This document shows, one piece after another, positions 26,531 to 35,344 of a stretch of 37,065 nucleotides of DNA (position 1 is the stretch's first letter; every line of letters begins with the position of its first letter). Made by a program: the position numbers and the translations under genes. Source of the stretch: a virus (Duplodnaviria > Caudoviricetes); the IMG/VR virus record IMGVR_UViG_3300020042_006894, positions 1 to 37,065 of that record; one strand, 5' to 3'. Below the pieces are notes generated by a model. It was not told the origin of the DNA, searched no databases, and saw only the letters and a program-made list of their open reading frames with translations.

Positions 26531-26700
26531 TATTCTAATTCCGTTATATCAAGCTCCACAACATCATCAATAGCAACCTTATGCTCAACTGCTAACTCGT
26601 AAACCATAGGATGCACAAGTGCTAGCATGTTGCTTGCTGTGATTTCGGTTTGTATAAAGTCGCCGGAGCGTGTTGTTGCTGCAATTCTGTATGTGTTCAT
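26530..26700 (-). CDS. Small hypothetical protein (56 aa, not in ORF track)
   Basis: AAGGAG RBS; MNTYRIAATTRSGDFIQTEI...; coupled on both sides. Confidence 0.65.
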   Translation of the reverse strand: MNTYRIAATTRSGDFIQTEITASNMLALVHPMVYELAVEHKVAIDDVVELDITELE

Positions 26701-26864
26701 TTTATCTCCTTACTTGCTGCCACTGTGCCAATGCAAACCACTTTAAAAAGCTCAGGCTTGTCTTTGTGCCAGTTGCTTAGAGTTTGCAGTGACACTCCTG
26801 TCAACTGCGTTACTTGCGAAAGGTTCTTACAGCCAAGCGCCTTTGCTGTTTGTGATGGTGTCAT
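26697..26864 (-). CDS. Small HTH protein (55 aa, not in ORF track)
   Basis: GGAG RBS; MTPSQTAKALGCKNLSQVTQLTGVSLQTLSNWHKDKPELF. Confidence 0.75.
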   Translation of the reverse strand: MTPSQTAKALGCKNLSQVTQLTGVSLQTLSNWHKDKPELFKVVCIGTVAASKEIK

Positions 26865-26878
26865 TTTCTTTCTCCAAG

Positions 26879-27631
26879 TTAAAACATATCCAATTGAATT
26901 TCAGACTTTGAGCCTGATTCCTTTTTTATTAAATTTATAGAGTCTGTCGAATTTAACTGCTCTATTCTTTCGACTAAAACGGCAGCTCTAGTCTCTTTGC
27001 TAGCTGGCTGATATGTTCCACGCCAAGCACTATCAATTCCGATATTGCGAGCGACATTCGTGCTATCCGCCGACGATAGCGGAAGCCTAGAAAAAACAAC
27101 AGGGTTCAGCATTCGCAGACCATGCAACTTACATATTGGCCTTCCGTTTCTATCGCAGATGTGCGGCAACACATCAGCCATGCGATCAATCAATCGCTCC
27201 GGCTTAGAAACGTCATATTCACCAGAGCTGCCAATTGCTACTGTTGGCCATTCATTTGCTAACATAACTAATCGATCAATTGATTCGTTTGTGTGCCAAA
27301 CTGCAGCAGCTTGATGCCGTTTAAATGGCCATAAATTCAATAGATCATTATTTTCTTTTTCAGTTCCTTCTATAACATCAGGTACAACTGCAAAATCGAA
27401 GCCTGGATGATTGCGCCATATATCTACCCATTTAAAATATGATGACCAATCAACTGACTTTCCAGTCTTCCAAAAGCTAAAAGCTCCGTTATCAAGTGAA
27501 AAACTCTGACAAATCTCAGCAGCCAAACCTAGCTGTCGATAATCCGCAAAGCTTATGAATGCATGCCTCCCTTTCCATGTCTTTATAGCGCATGGATCGG
27601 GAGTGATTGGGCCACCATGATAATGGATCAT
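26879..27631 (-). CDS. TGT/DpdA-fold putative base-exchange transglycosylase
   Basis: LDNGAF, PDV, HGL and SADS motifs in the order seen in tRNA-guanine transglycosylase/DpdA barrels. Confidence 0.65.
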   Translation of the reverse strand: MIHYHGGPITPDPCAIKTWKGRHAFISFADYRQLGLAAEICQSFSLDNGAFSFWKTGKSVDWSSYFKWVDIWRNHPGFDFAVVPDVIEGTEKENNDLLNLWPFKRHQAAAVWHTNESIDRLVMLANEWPTVAIGSSGEYDVSKPERLIDRMADVLPHICDRNGRPICKLHGLRMLNPVVFSRLPLSSADSTNVARNIGIDSAWRGTYQPASKETRAAVLVERIEQLNSTDSINLIKKESGSKSEIQLDMF

Positions 27632-27634
27632 TAT

Positions 27635-27835
27635 TCAAAAAGCCGTTGATAAAATTTCAGATCTGCGCTCTATAATGCAAGCGTAAGATTTTACGAAATC
27701 TTCTACTGAAGCAATATTGTGGTCTTCAATCCATTCTGCATAATCGGAGCTATCCCAACATTCAACGCAAGAGTCATATCCGCTCTCATAGTTAGAACGG
27801 CAGAATTGTTTGATTTCTAAAATTAATGTTTTCAT
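27635..27835 (-). CDS. Hypothetical acidic early protein
   Basis: First gene after a strong promoter; AAGGAAA RBS. Confidence 0.7.
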   Translation of the reverse strand: MKTLILEIKQFCRSNYESGYDSCVECWDSSDYAEWIEDHNIASVEDFVKSYACIIERRSEILSTAF

Positions 27836-27882
27836 TTTTCATTTCCTTGCTTGCTTCGGCGTTATTGCCTTGGTATGTGTTT

Positions 27883-27910
27883 ATTATAGCAAACTATTTT
27901 ATCGTTACAA
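27883..27910 (-). promoter_or_regulatory. Sigma70-type early promoter
   Basis: TTGTAA-16-TATAAT with extended TGn. Confidence 0.75.
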
Positions 27911-27923
27911 GTATTATTTCAAA

Positions 27924-28376
27924 TTATTTTAAAATATTTATTAGATTGTCGATTAGTAGAGTTTCCGTAACATCATCCACAAAAGCTGGCGGTGTAGGAA
28001 CTGCCACCCATCCGGCATCTATGACTTCGCATTTGCCTTTGCAATCGTCAATCATAGCCTGGTGTTCGACTCTCAGCCACTCAGTTAACGCGCTATGCTT
28101 ATACGGCGCTGCTAATCGTGCCCACTTAGTCAGCGTTTTGCTCTTTCCGTTGCGCTCTACTGCATTAACCACTAATAAGATGGCCCATTTGAACGCTGTG
28201 CGGTCTAAAGCCTGTGCGACAGACTGACCTACTGCCTCAGGCTTGCTCGTCTTGTAGTTGATTACATCAACGCCTTTGTCGACTTCCGACAGCTTCATGG
28301 TCAACGCCAGGTTTCGCATTGCTATGATGGATTGCGTGATTAGCCGCTTGTTTTGGTTGTGGGGTTTTCTTTTCAT
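27924..28376 (-). CDS. Hypothetical protein
   Basis: 150-aa ORF in the co-directional gene chain. Confidence 0.7.
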   Translation of the reverse strand: MKRKPHNQNKRLITQSIIAMRNLALTMKLSEVDKGVDVINYKTSKPEAVGQSVAQALDRTAFKWAILLVVNAVERNGKSKTLTKWARLAAPYKHSALTEWLRVEHQAMIDDCKGKCEVIDAGWVAVPTPPAFVDDVTETLLIDNLINILK

Positions 28377-28573
28377 CTAACCACCACCGATAAAGCCCAA
28401 AATATTGCGCAAGCAATCAGCAGCACAATTACCAGAATCCAAACAATTTGAATTAAAAGCACTACAAACCCAAGCAAGGAATTTTTAATTTTAACTGCAT
28501 CAAACGCGAATGCTATCAAGCTCAATGATGATGCGACAGCTAAAATAGCCCAAGCCAAATATGTCTCGTTCAT
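28373..28573 (-). CDS. Two-TM membrane protein
   Basis: GAGG RBS; two hydrophobic helices. Confidence 0.65.
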   Translation of the reverse strand: MNETYLAWAILAVASSLSLIAFAFDAVKIKNSLLGFVVLLIQIVWILVIVLLIACAIFWALSVVVR

Positions 28574-28598
28574 TTCTTCTTCCTCAAGCGCCGAAGCG

Positions 28599-28883
28599 CT
28601 ATTTGCTATACTGTTGAGCCAATTTCATTGCCTGGCGATCTAACCATTTATCAGCAAACTTAGTCAAAACCTTCGCACAAGTTGCCGGATCTCCACCTAA
28701 GAACATCAACTGAATAGCCTTGCAACACTCAACATCAAATGAAGCATCGCACTCAATCTCTTGGATAAAATCCGAAGGATTCATTTCCTTTCTGATTTGC
28801 GAGGCTGAGTATTCTAACTGTGCCTGCTTGATGCTGTCGTCAGCGTAATCAAAAAACTTCCATACATCGTATGCTGTTGTCAT
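28599..28883 (-). CDS. Hypothetical protein
   Basis: GGAG RBS, ATGA-coupled start MTTAYD. Confidence 0.65.
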   Translation of the reverse strand: MTTAYDVWKFFDYADDSIKQAQLEYSASQIRKEMNPSDFIQEIECDASFDVECCKAIQLMFLGGDPATCAKVLTKFADKWLDRQAMKLAQQYSK

Positions 28884-29047
28884 TTCTTCAACTCCCCAAT
28901 CACAAAACCAGTTCCGCACTTGCTTTTAATCAGCTCGCCTTGTGCGATTAAGCGCTTAGCAATCTCAAGGCTGTTTGGCCCCAATTCTGATAGCCGCAGC
29001 ACGCCGTTGGTGGCTTTTTGTTTTACTTGGTAAGTGAGTCCTTTCAT
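28880..29047 (-). CDS. Small basic protein (possible winged helix)
   Basis: GGAG RBS; MKGLTYQVKQ...; ATGA coupling. Confidence 0.6.
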   Translation of the reverse strand: MKGLTYQVKQKATNGVLRLSELGPNSLEIAKRLIAQGELIKSKCGTGFVIGELKK

Positions 29048-29208
29048 TTCGCTTTCTCCAATTCTGTGCAATAAAACCAAATAACAATAGAGCCAACACT
29101 TACAAGCGCAAAGCCTGACAGTGTAGTAACGCTAAATCCTGCTGCCGCGCAAACTACGCCCCAAATGGATGCAATCAAATATTTAAAGCTTTTTATTGTA
29201 ATGCTCAT
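29044..29208 (-). CDS. Small two-TM protein (54 aa, not in ORF track)
   Basis: MSITIKSFKYLIASIWGVVCAAAGF...; ATGA-coupled on both sides. Confidence 0.6.
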   Translation of the reverse strand: MSITIKSFKYLIASIWGVVCAAAGFSVTTLSGFALVSVGSIVIWFYCTELEKAK

Positions 29209-29450
29209 TTCGTTTTACCTAACTTAAAGTTATAAAACTGATGATTAAAGTCATCTGCCGCTTCTGCTGGCGAAGATCCAAAACCAGCTATACCGCTTTG
29301 CAGGTCTTTGCCAAGCAAAAAGTAAAACTGATTGCCGTCAACACCAAATTCAGGCTTGAAAATAGCAACCGGAGTTTTTGCTAAACCTGCATTAATTTCG
29401 TCAAATGCGTTTCTTAAAACGTTTGTTAGATATTCAATTGATTCGCTCAT
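29205..29450 (-). CDS. Hypothetical protein
   Basis: DGNQFYFLLGKDLQSGIAGFGSSP looks like a conserved phage motif. Confidence 0.65.
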   Translation of the reverse strand: MSESIEYLTNVLRNAFDEINAGLAKTPVAIFKPEFGVDGNQFYFLLGKDLQSGIAGFGSSPAEAADDFNHQFYNFKLGKTK

Positions 29451-29623
29451 TCCTCTTCCCCTTTGTAATTAGTCTCTGCCGTCTTAATCCAAACAGCGCC
29501 GTCGCCGTCAATCTTAGCGCCTGCCTTAACCCATCGGTCCACAGTCGCATGGCATCGGTTTAGCACCTTGCCTGTTTTGCGCAATGAGCCGTATTTGCGC
29601 ACTAGGTCTGATATTGGTTTCAT
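29447..29623 (-). CDS. Small Cro-like HTH protein (58 aa, not in ORF track)
   Basis: GGGAG RBS; YGSLRKTGKVLNRCHATVDRW. Confidence 0.65.
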   Translation of the reverse strand: MKPISDLVRKYGSLRKTGKVLNRCHATVDRWVKAGAKIDGDGAVWIKTAETNYKGEEE

Positions 29624-29625
29624 TT

Positions 29626-29940
29626 CTATCTCCCAAGTTTGCCAGCAATAAAGTAATCTTGATGTTTATGATCGCTGCCACTCATACTGTCATCAATAAC
29701 AAAAACTGGCACGCCTAAAACCTTTCTATAGTCAATTTCAAAATCATATCTAGCAGATTTTACAAGCTCAAAATAAAAGCTTCTTGATACATAAACCGCT
29801 TTTATGTCTGAAATATCTTTAGTTCTGTAAACTGCATTTACAGGCTCAGCGCCTTGCTTGCTTATGATTGGCATGTGTGGCATTTCAACCTGCCTGCACC
29901 ATGCATACATTGCTGTCTTGAGTTCGTCTATTGCGTTCAT
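29626..29940 (-). CDS. Hypothetical protein
   Basis: ORF with GGAG RBS downstream of a promoter. Confidence 0.6.
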   Translation of the reverse strand: MNAIDELKTAMYAWCRQVEMPHMPIISKQGAEPVNAVYRTKDISDIKAVYVSRSFYFELVKSARYDFEIDYRKVLGVPVFVIDDSMSGSDHKHQDYFIAGKLGR

Positions 29941-29970
29941 TTCATCTCTCCGTCATTGTTTCGTAAATCC

Positions 29971-29998
29971 AGTGTATCAGATGTGCGCCAATGGTCAA
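29971..29998 (-). promoter_or_regulatory. Sigma70-type promoter
   Basis: TTGACC-16-TACACT with extended TGn. Confidence 0.6.
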
Positions 29999-30540
29999 GC
30001 TGAAAGTTGCTTTATTTTTTGCTTGTACTCTGCAATTAATTCTTTGATTTCTTCGATTGTTAGTTTCAGTGGCTCATGCTTGCCTTCAAGCCATTCGACT
30101 TTCTCAAGTCCGATTCTATTTATTAGCTCAACACGATAAGGCACCAAGTTTCCGGATAAAAAGTTATTGCACGTGGCACAGCTTGCATGGCAGTTCATTT
30201 CATTCAAAGCTAATTCAGGATGCGCGCCCCTGCTTTTGTAGTGGCTAGCGTGTCGTTGATGGTCATTGCCATCAGGCCGCCCACAGCTAACGCAAGGCAA
30301 GCCTTCATCCCTTAGCCGGATAAACTTATTAAAAACTGTCTGCGCATCTTTCAGCCACTCTTGGCGAGTCTTTAGCTTCTGCTTTCTCTGCCTAGTTTCA
30401 GCGTTGAACTCTTTTTGCTTCTTAACCTTCGACTTATCAGCCTGGAGTTTTGACCAGCTCACCGCGCAATCTATCGAGCAGAATAGTTTTAGGTTAATTC
30501 TGAGCGTTGCTGGCGCTTTGCAGGTAGGGCATTTAGTCAT
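29995..30540 (-). CDS. ninG: NinG/Rap Holliday junction endonuclease
   Basis: FCSIDC, AQTVFNKFIRLRD..PCVSCG, H...CATCNNFLSGN..YR..LI.RIG. Confidence 0.92.
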   Translation of the reverse strand: MTKCPTCKAPATLRINLKLFCSIDCAVSWSKLQADKSKVKKQKEFNAETRQRKQKLKTRQEWLKDAQTVFNKFIRLRDEGLPCVSCGRPDGNDHQRHASHYKSRGAHPELALNEMNCHASCATCNNFLSGNLVPYRVELINRIGLEKVEWLEGKHEPLKLTIEEIKELIAEYKQKIKQLSA

Positions 30541-30916
30541 TGAACTTAACCCCATGCTCAGCTCCAAAAGCATGGATAAGCTCTATCATTTCTGAAAGCT
30601 CTCCGACACTCATTTTACTTGTTGACTTACCAAGCACCACAAAGCCGCTGCCGTCGATATTTGGAACTGACCGCTGCCTATGTATTGCCGAGCTAAAAAT
30701 ATGCTTCCAATCCTCGCTGGATAGCGTTAAACCATGCCATTTAACTTGCTTTGAGACCTCCGCCAGCATCGCCCACAATTTTGAGTTTTGATCAATGGTT
30801 CTTGCCAGCGGCTTAATCTCAATGACAAATGGCTTTTCATAGCCTAATGACTCAGCATAGCGATAACAGCTAACCAGATTTTCTCTGCTGCTGATGATTG
30901 CCTGAAACTTTTCCAT
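30533..30916 (-). CDS. ninB: NinB/Orf recombination mediator
   Basis: RTIDQNSKLWAML.EVSKQVKWHG..LSSEDWKHIF...STSKM...ELIHAFGAEHGV. Confidence 0.92.
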   Translation of the reverse strand: MEKFQAIISSRENLVSCYRYAESLGYEKPFVIEIKPLARTIDQNSKLWAMLAEVSKQVKWHGLTLSSEDWKHIFSSAIHRQRSVPNIDGSGFVVLGKSTSKMSVGELSEMIELIHAFGAEHGVKFND

Positions 30917-31074
30917 TAAACCCTCACAACCTTTTTGTATGCAGTAATATTCCGCTTAATGTTTTTCGCAAATCTCGCGCATATCGTCAGCCGCTTAAAA
31001 TCATCGCAGATGATCTTCACTAGCTGATAAGGTGGCTCGTTGATCTCGTTGTTTGTTACTGGTTGATAGCTCAT
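30916..31074 (-). CDS. Small hypothetical protein (52 aa, not in ORF track)
   Basis: GAGG RBS; coupled to the dnaB stop and ninB start. Confidence 0.55.
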   Translation of the reverse strand: MSYQPVTNNEINEPPYQLVKIICDDFKRLTICARFAKNIKRNITAYKKVVRV

Positions 31075-32450
31075 TGATCAAACCTCTTGTAAGTTTTCTT
31101 TGGTTGTTCTTCCGTTTTTGGCGCTGGCAATCTGGTTGTATCTGAAAACCGACTAAAACCAAGCTCAGGCTGTAGGAATGTTGAGCCGATTGCAGCCATG
31201 CGTTGCTTTGCGAAAATGATTTCCGTGAGGCTGTCTTGCGTACGCTGCCCTTCGTAATCTTCATCATGCAGGAACATAACAACGTCTGCATCTTGCTCGA
31301 TGCTGCCAGAATCCCGAAGGTTTTTCAGTTCAGGCTTGCCAGTTAGCGCCCGATTAAGCTGCGACAATGCGATAACTGGACACTTGAGCGCCTTTGCTAA
31401 TTCCTTTAAGCCCTTTGATACATTACCAATTCTGATTGTTTGGCTTTCGCCTTCAGCGTTAATCATCTGCAAGTAATCGACAACAACAAGCGATAAGCCG
31501 CCCATCTTCATTGATGCGCGTTTTGCTCTAGCCTGGATTTGGCTGATATGCTGGCCGCCTTTGTCGTCAATGCGCAAAAACTTAGAATTGCGTTTGACGA
31601 TTTCAAGCGCAGTGCCGACTCTCGCAACATCATAATCATTGCCCATAGCCTGACCGTTTAAAACCTTGCTCAGCATCAAGTTACCAACTCTCGCAATTGT
31701 CTTTTGCATTAGCTGTTCTGCTGGCATTTCTAAGCTGATAAAAAGCACAGGCTCTGGATTGTCAGAAAGTAGCGCAACATTCTCGGCAATGTTCAAACAG
31801 AAAGTAGATTTACCCATTGATGGCCGAGCTGCAACAATAATCAAATCGCCATCACGAAAGCCGCCAGTCATTTGGTCGATGTTGGCAAATCCAGACGAAA
31901 GCCCGACGATGTTAGTTCCTGATGTGAACGCTGCCTGCATCCTGTCCAAAACTGACATTGCAACATCAGCCGGATCTTTCAATTCGTCTTGCGATTCATC
32001 AGCGCCAATATCTGCAACCATGCTTAAAGCTGTGTTGATCCGGTCGATAGGGCTTACAGCTTTATCGTGAATTGCATTGCTTGCGTCATATAGCTTGCTA
32101 AGCGCATCCCGCAGCTTTGCATGGTCTTTGACTATCTTGGCGTAAACGTGAACGTTTGCTTGGCTTGGCGTGTTTTTGGATATTTCACCAAGGTAAGAAA
32201 ACCGAATATCGTGATCTGCATTGTCGCGCTCAAGTTGATCTGCAACCGTCACAATGTCGATTTGATAGTTTGCAGAAAATAGTTGGCGGATTGCTTGCCA
32301 GATTTGCCGATGCTGCCGCAAATAAAAATCTTCAGGATTAAGCATCTCCAAAGCCGTCAGCGCCTTGTCAGAGTTTGCGTTTAAAAGAATGCCGCCGATA
32401 ACCGATTGCTCTGCGTCTGCTCTGTAGAATTGTTCCATGTTATTGACCAT
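31071..32450 (-). CDS. dnaB: Replicative DNA helicase (DnaB family)
   Basis: AARPSMGKS, VVDYLQ, LSQLNR, LRDSGSIEQDAD. Confidence 0.96.
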   Translation of the reverse strand: MVNNMEQFYRADAEQSVIGGILLNANSDKALTALEMLNPEDFYLRQHRQIWQAIRQLFSANYQIDIVTVADQLERDNADHDIRFSYLGEISKNTPSQANVHVYAKIVKDHAKLRDALSKLYDASNAIHDKAVSPIDRINTALSMVADIGADESQDELKDPADVAMSVLDRMQAAFTSGTNIVGLSSGFANIDQMTGGFRDGDLIIVAARPSMGKSTFCLNIAENVALLSDNPEPVLFISLEMPAEQLMQKTIARVGNLMLSKVLNGQAMGNDYDVARVGTALEIVKRNSKFLRIDDKGGQHISQIQARAKRASMKMGGLSLVVVDYLQMINAEGESQTIRIGNVSKGLKELAKALKCPVIALSQLNRALTGKPELKNLRDSGSIEQDADVVMFLHDEDYEGQRTQDSLTEIIFAKQRMAAIGSTFLQPELGFSRFSDTTRLPAPKTEEQPKKTYKRFDQ

Positions 32451-33159
32451 TTTCTTTCATCCACCTTGCTTTAAAGTCTTCAAGATATGCTGGCTCATCT
32501 TCCCAGCGCTTTTGATTAATGAATGTTGACGGGTGTAACTTGTCAGCACCAACATCGCCGCGATCAATACAATCACTGTGGTAGTTCAAAAGCAAGTCCA
32601 CCCAAAACTTAACTTGCCCTTCCCGCTTTCCTTTCATCAACTTTCTGAAAGCCTTCTCAGCAGGAACTTTGGATTTTTTCACAGGGTAATACCTGTAAAA
32701 TCTTGCAAACTGAACGTCGATAAAATCAATTTCTTCAACCGTCTGATTCGCAGAATCTGACAAGATATTATCTTTCTTATCTTCTTTAATTCTTATAGTG
32801 TTGTTGCCTGCTTGTTCTGTGCTTGTTGTCTGCTTGTTGTCTGCCTGATGCTTGTCGTAGTTAACTATTGATATTAAAGAATATTTTGACTTTATTACCC
32901 TGTTAATCATCTGATGCTTTTCTAGCAGATCAATGAGCCTTCTCAAGCGCATTACAGACACTTTTGTTTTCTCTGAATAGCTATCTAAACCAAAGATTAA
33001 CTGCCCTCGCCCGACCGTAATAACCTGGCCGTTGAACATCTTGGTTTGTGGCTCAAAGTTAGCTTCAGAAAGCATTCTTATCCAAACGGAAAGATACTCT
33101 GCATCCTGAGCAATCCAGTGATCCATAATGTCGCGCTGTAGCTTTATCCAACCTGACAC
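32440..33159 (-). CDS. Replication initiator (lambda O-like)
   Basis: GWIKL.R N-terminus; F..FY..YP.K..K..A and HPSTFINQKRWEDE C-terminus; upstream of dnaB. Confidence 0.85.
   Translation of the reverse strand: MSGWIKLQRDIMDHWIAQDAEYLSVWIRMLSEANFEPQTKMFNGQVITVGRGQLIFGLDSYSEKTKVSVMRLRRLIDLLEKHQMINRVIKSKYSLISIVNYDKHQADNKQTTSTEQAGNNTIRIKEDKKDNILSDSANQTVEEIDFIDVQFARFYRYYPVKKSKVPAEKAFRKLMKGKREGQVKFWVDLLLNYHSDCIDRGDVGADKLHPSTFINQKRWEDEPAYLEDFKARWMKENGQ
32767..32856. repeat. Putative replication origin (iterons plus AT-rich tract)
   Basis: TGCTTGTT at 32809, 32820 and 32831 (11-bp period), a variant at 32849, beside a strand-asymmetric AT-rich tract inside the initiator gene. Confidence 0.7.
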
Positions 33160-33188
33160 GTTATACTCTCCATCTCAGCTATTAAATT

Positions 33189-33217
33189 GCCCATTGCCAG
33201 CCAGCGTGGGCTTTTTT
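33189..33217 (+). terminator. Antisense-oriented terminator upstream of the initiator gene
   Basis: GCCCA...TGGGC-TTTTTT on the + strand within a - strand operon. Confidence 0.5.
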
Positions 33218-33821
33218 ATTTGGTGAAGCCTAACTTTAGCAATTTTGAGTCATCGCCATTAAGCGCACACATCAGAGCGTCTATAGCTTTGGCCTTTATG
33301 TGATTGCTAACAGATAAAACTGCAATTGGACAACTTAAAGACCTCATAAACTCCACCGCGTCTTTTTCATCGCCGAAGTTGTCTAACCACTCATTACACT
33401 CGTTTATGCATGATTTCAAAAGGTCATCATTTGCAGAAACTAACTCTTTTGGTTGCTTTAAAATTTGAGACATTGCTTTATGTATCTTTTCAGATGCAAG
33501 CAACTCATCAGCCTCAATTTCTGCAACTCTTTTATCTGTTACCGCTTCGCAGAACTGATTTATAACATCAATTGCCTCGCTCATTTTTATCATAAAAGTT
33601 TCAGAAAAGATTTTTCTGTTAGAAAGGTGCTTATGTATTGAGTTTTCTATAGATAGGTGCGACTCAACCAATTCAGACACAAAATATTCAGGACTTTTGC
33701 AGCCGTTCATTGCAGCAAGAGTTTTTACTCTCTTATCTGGAAATCTAGATGCGCCAATCTTGACGAATCCATGCAGCTCAACAGCATAAATATATCCAAC
33801 TCTTTTCATTGTTAGCCTCAT
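33216..33821 (-). CDS. T5orf172/GIY-YIG-like domain protein
   Basis: GYIYAV...VKIGASRFPDKRV...IENSIHKHL...ETF. Confidence 0.8.
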   Translation of the reverse strand: MRLTMKRVGYIYAVELHGFVKIGASRFPDKRVKTLAAMNGCKSPEYFVSELVESHLSIENSIHKHLSNRKIFSETFMIKMSEAIDVINQFCEAVTDKRVAEIEADELLASEKIHKAMSQILKQPKELVSANDDLLKSCINECNEWLDNFGDEKDAVEFMRSLSCPIAVLSVSNHIKAKAIDALMCALNGDDSKLLKLGFTK

Positions 33822-33988
33822 TTCCAGTTTTGCAGATAGTCAGAAAGCGCCTTGACTGTACTGTAAGCCGGATCACACTCCTGGTTCATCAACTTATAAA
33901 CTGTGTTGTAATGAATGCCAGCAGCTTCAGCCACAGCCTTAAGATTGCTATGCTTCAGCCTGTCTTTGATTTGCTCTAGTGTTAGCAC
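33818..33988 (-). CDS. Cro-like XRE HTH regulator (56 aa, not in ORF track)
   Basis: GAGGA RBS, GTG start; NLKAVAEAAGIHYNTVYKL...PAYSTVKALSDYL. Confidence 0.85.
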   Translation of the reverse strand: MLTLEQIKDRLKHSNLKAVAEAAGIHYNTVYKLMNQECDPAYSTVKALSDYLQNWK

Positions 33989-34024
33989 GTTTATTTCCTC
34001 ACTTGGTTAAAATTACTCGTTAAT

Positions 34025-34065
34025 GTGTTGACAAGCATACAAGCATGAATTAAATTAGTCAACAC
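34025..34065. promoter_or_regulatory. Overlapping divergent sigma70 promoters
   Basis: + strand TTGACA (34028)-17-TAAATT; - strand TTGACT (34062)-17-TATGCT; GTGTTGAC/GTCAACAC inverted repeat; ACAAGCAT x2. Confidence 0.8.
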
Positions 34066-34085
34066 CAACAACGAGGAAAGAAGAA

Positions 34086-34982
34086 ATGAGCCAAGTAATG
34101 ACAATCCCCGACATGGTGCGAGGCGTAGAACCTGAGTGCCAGCAATTAATAACAGCGCACAATGCTGTCAATTGGCCTGCTGAGGCTAATTATGCAATGC
34201 AGTTACTTTGTGCCAATCCATTTGCCATGAGCATTGCTCAGCAAAACCCAGTTTCAGTGCAAAACGCGCTGCGTAACGCATCAGCAATTGGAATTAGCCT
34301 AAACCCAGCAAGTAAGCACGCTTATTTAGTTCCGCGCAAAGGTCAATCAGGCATGGCTATCTGCCTTGATATTTCTTACATGGGGCTTTTGCATCTTGCT
34401 ATGTCAACCGGATCAATAGAGTTCGGGCAGGCAAAGCTTGTTTATGCAAGCGACATTTACGAAAACCAAGGCGTTGACTCTGCGCCAATCCATAAATACA
34501 GCGCTTTTGGCAGTCGCGGCGATTTAGTCGGCGCTTATTGTGTTGTTCGCACATCGACAGGCGCTTACTTAACGGAAGAGATGGACATTAAGCAGTTACA
34601 TGAAGTTCGCGCACGATCAGAGGCTTTCAGTGGCGGAAAGCAAAACAAGCCACCATCAGGCCCATGGGTAACTGACTATGAAGAAATGTGCAGGAAAACC
34701 GTAGTTAAACGCGCATCAAAATACTGGCCTAAAGTTGACCGCCTGCACAATGCTATTGAATACCTAAACACAGAAGGCGGTGAAGGTATCAACAAAGAAG
34801 AGCCAGCGCGTGACGTGACGCCAATCAGCATTGAGTCAGAGGCTTGGCTGACTGATTACATGAATGCGCTGAACGACGAGCAAAAGCCAAAGATGATGGC
34901 TTGGCTTAAAGTCGAATCAATCTGTCAACTAACCGAGCAACAAGCTCAATCAGCAATTAAAACTTTGGGACAAAAGAAATGA
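34086..34982 (+). CDS. recT: RecT/Red-beta ssDNA annealing protein
   Basis: [45 protein letters not shown]. Confidence 0.92.
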   Translation: MSQVMTIPDMVRGVEPECQQLITAHNAVNWPAEANYAMQLLCANPFAMSIAQQNPVSVQNALRNASAIGISLNPASKHAYLVPRKGQSGMAICLDISYMGLLHLAMSTGSIEFGQAKLVYASDIYENQGVDSAPIHKYSAFGSRGDLVGAYCVVRTSTGAYLTEEMDIKQLHEVRARSEAFSGGKQNKPPSGPWVTDYEEMCRKTVVKRASKYWPKVDRLHNAIEYLNTEGGEGINKEEPARDVTPISIESEAWLTDYMNALNDEQKPKMMAWLKVESICQLTEQQAQSAIKTLGQKK

Positions 34983-35344
34983 AACCAACTTATGAAGAAT
35001 TAGCGGCTCAGAATGACTGCTTGCAAAACCTGTGTTATCAACTATGCACTGCGGTTAGTGACATGGATGATTGTGAAGATAATTCTGAAGAGATGGAATC
35101 TGCTATAGACCAACTTTTTCAAATAACAAGAAGGGCATACGGCGTTGTTCATGGCACCCCACAACAAGCACTAGCAGAAATTCGCGCTGAGGCTGTTGCC
35201 GATTTTGCAAAGGCGCTATCAAACACCGTACAGATACCAAATGGTCCGATGACAAGAGTAGATTACTACAAGGCTGCAATTCGTCATGCCATTCAATTCG
35301 CAAGCCAGTATGCCGAGCAAATCCGGCAAGGCGGTGTGAAATGA
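34979..35344 (+). CDS. Hypothetical protein
   Basis: ATGA-coupled; LAEIRAEAV...AEQIRQGG resembles lambdoid early proteins. Confidence 0.7.
   Translation: MKPTYEELAAQNDCLQNLCYQLCTAVSDMDDCEDNSEEMESAIDQLFQITRRAYGVVHGTPQQALAEIRAEAVADFAKALSNTVQIPNGPMTRVDYYKAAIRHAIQFASQYAEQIRQGGVK

Noticed and set aside
28586-28600. AGCGC-TTCG-GCGCT hairpin as a terminator
   Set aside because: No U tract; it is followed directly by an RBS, so it is more likely an mRNA-stabilising hairpin.
33216-33821. T5orf172 gene as a mobile homing endonuclease or intron
   Set aside because: It is free-standing and coupled to cro, with no interrupted gene or intron structure.
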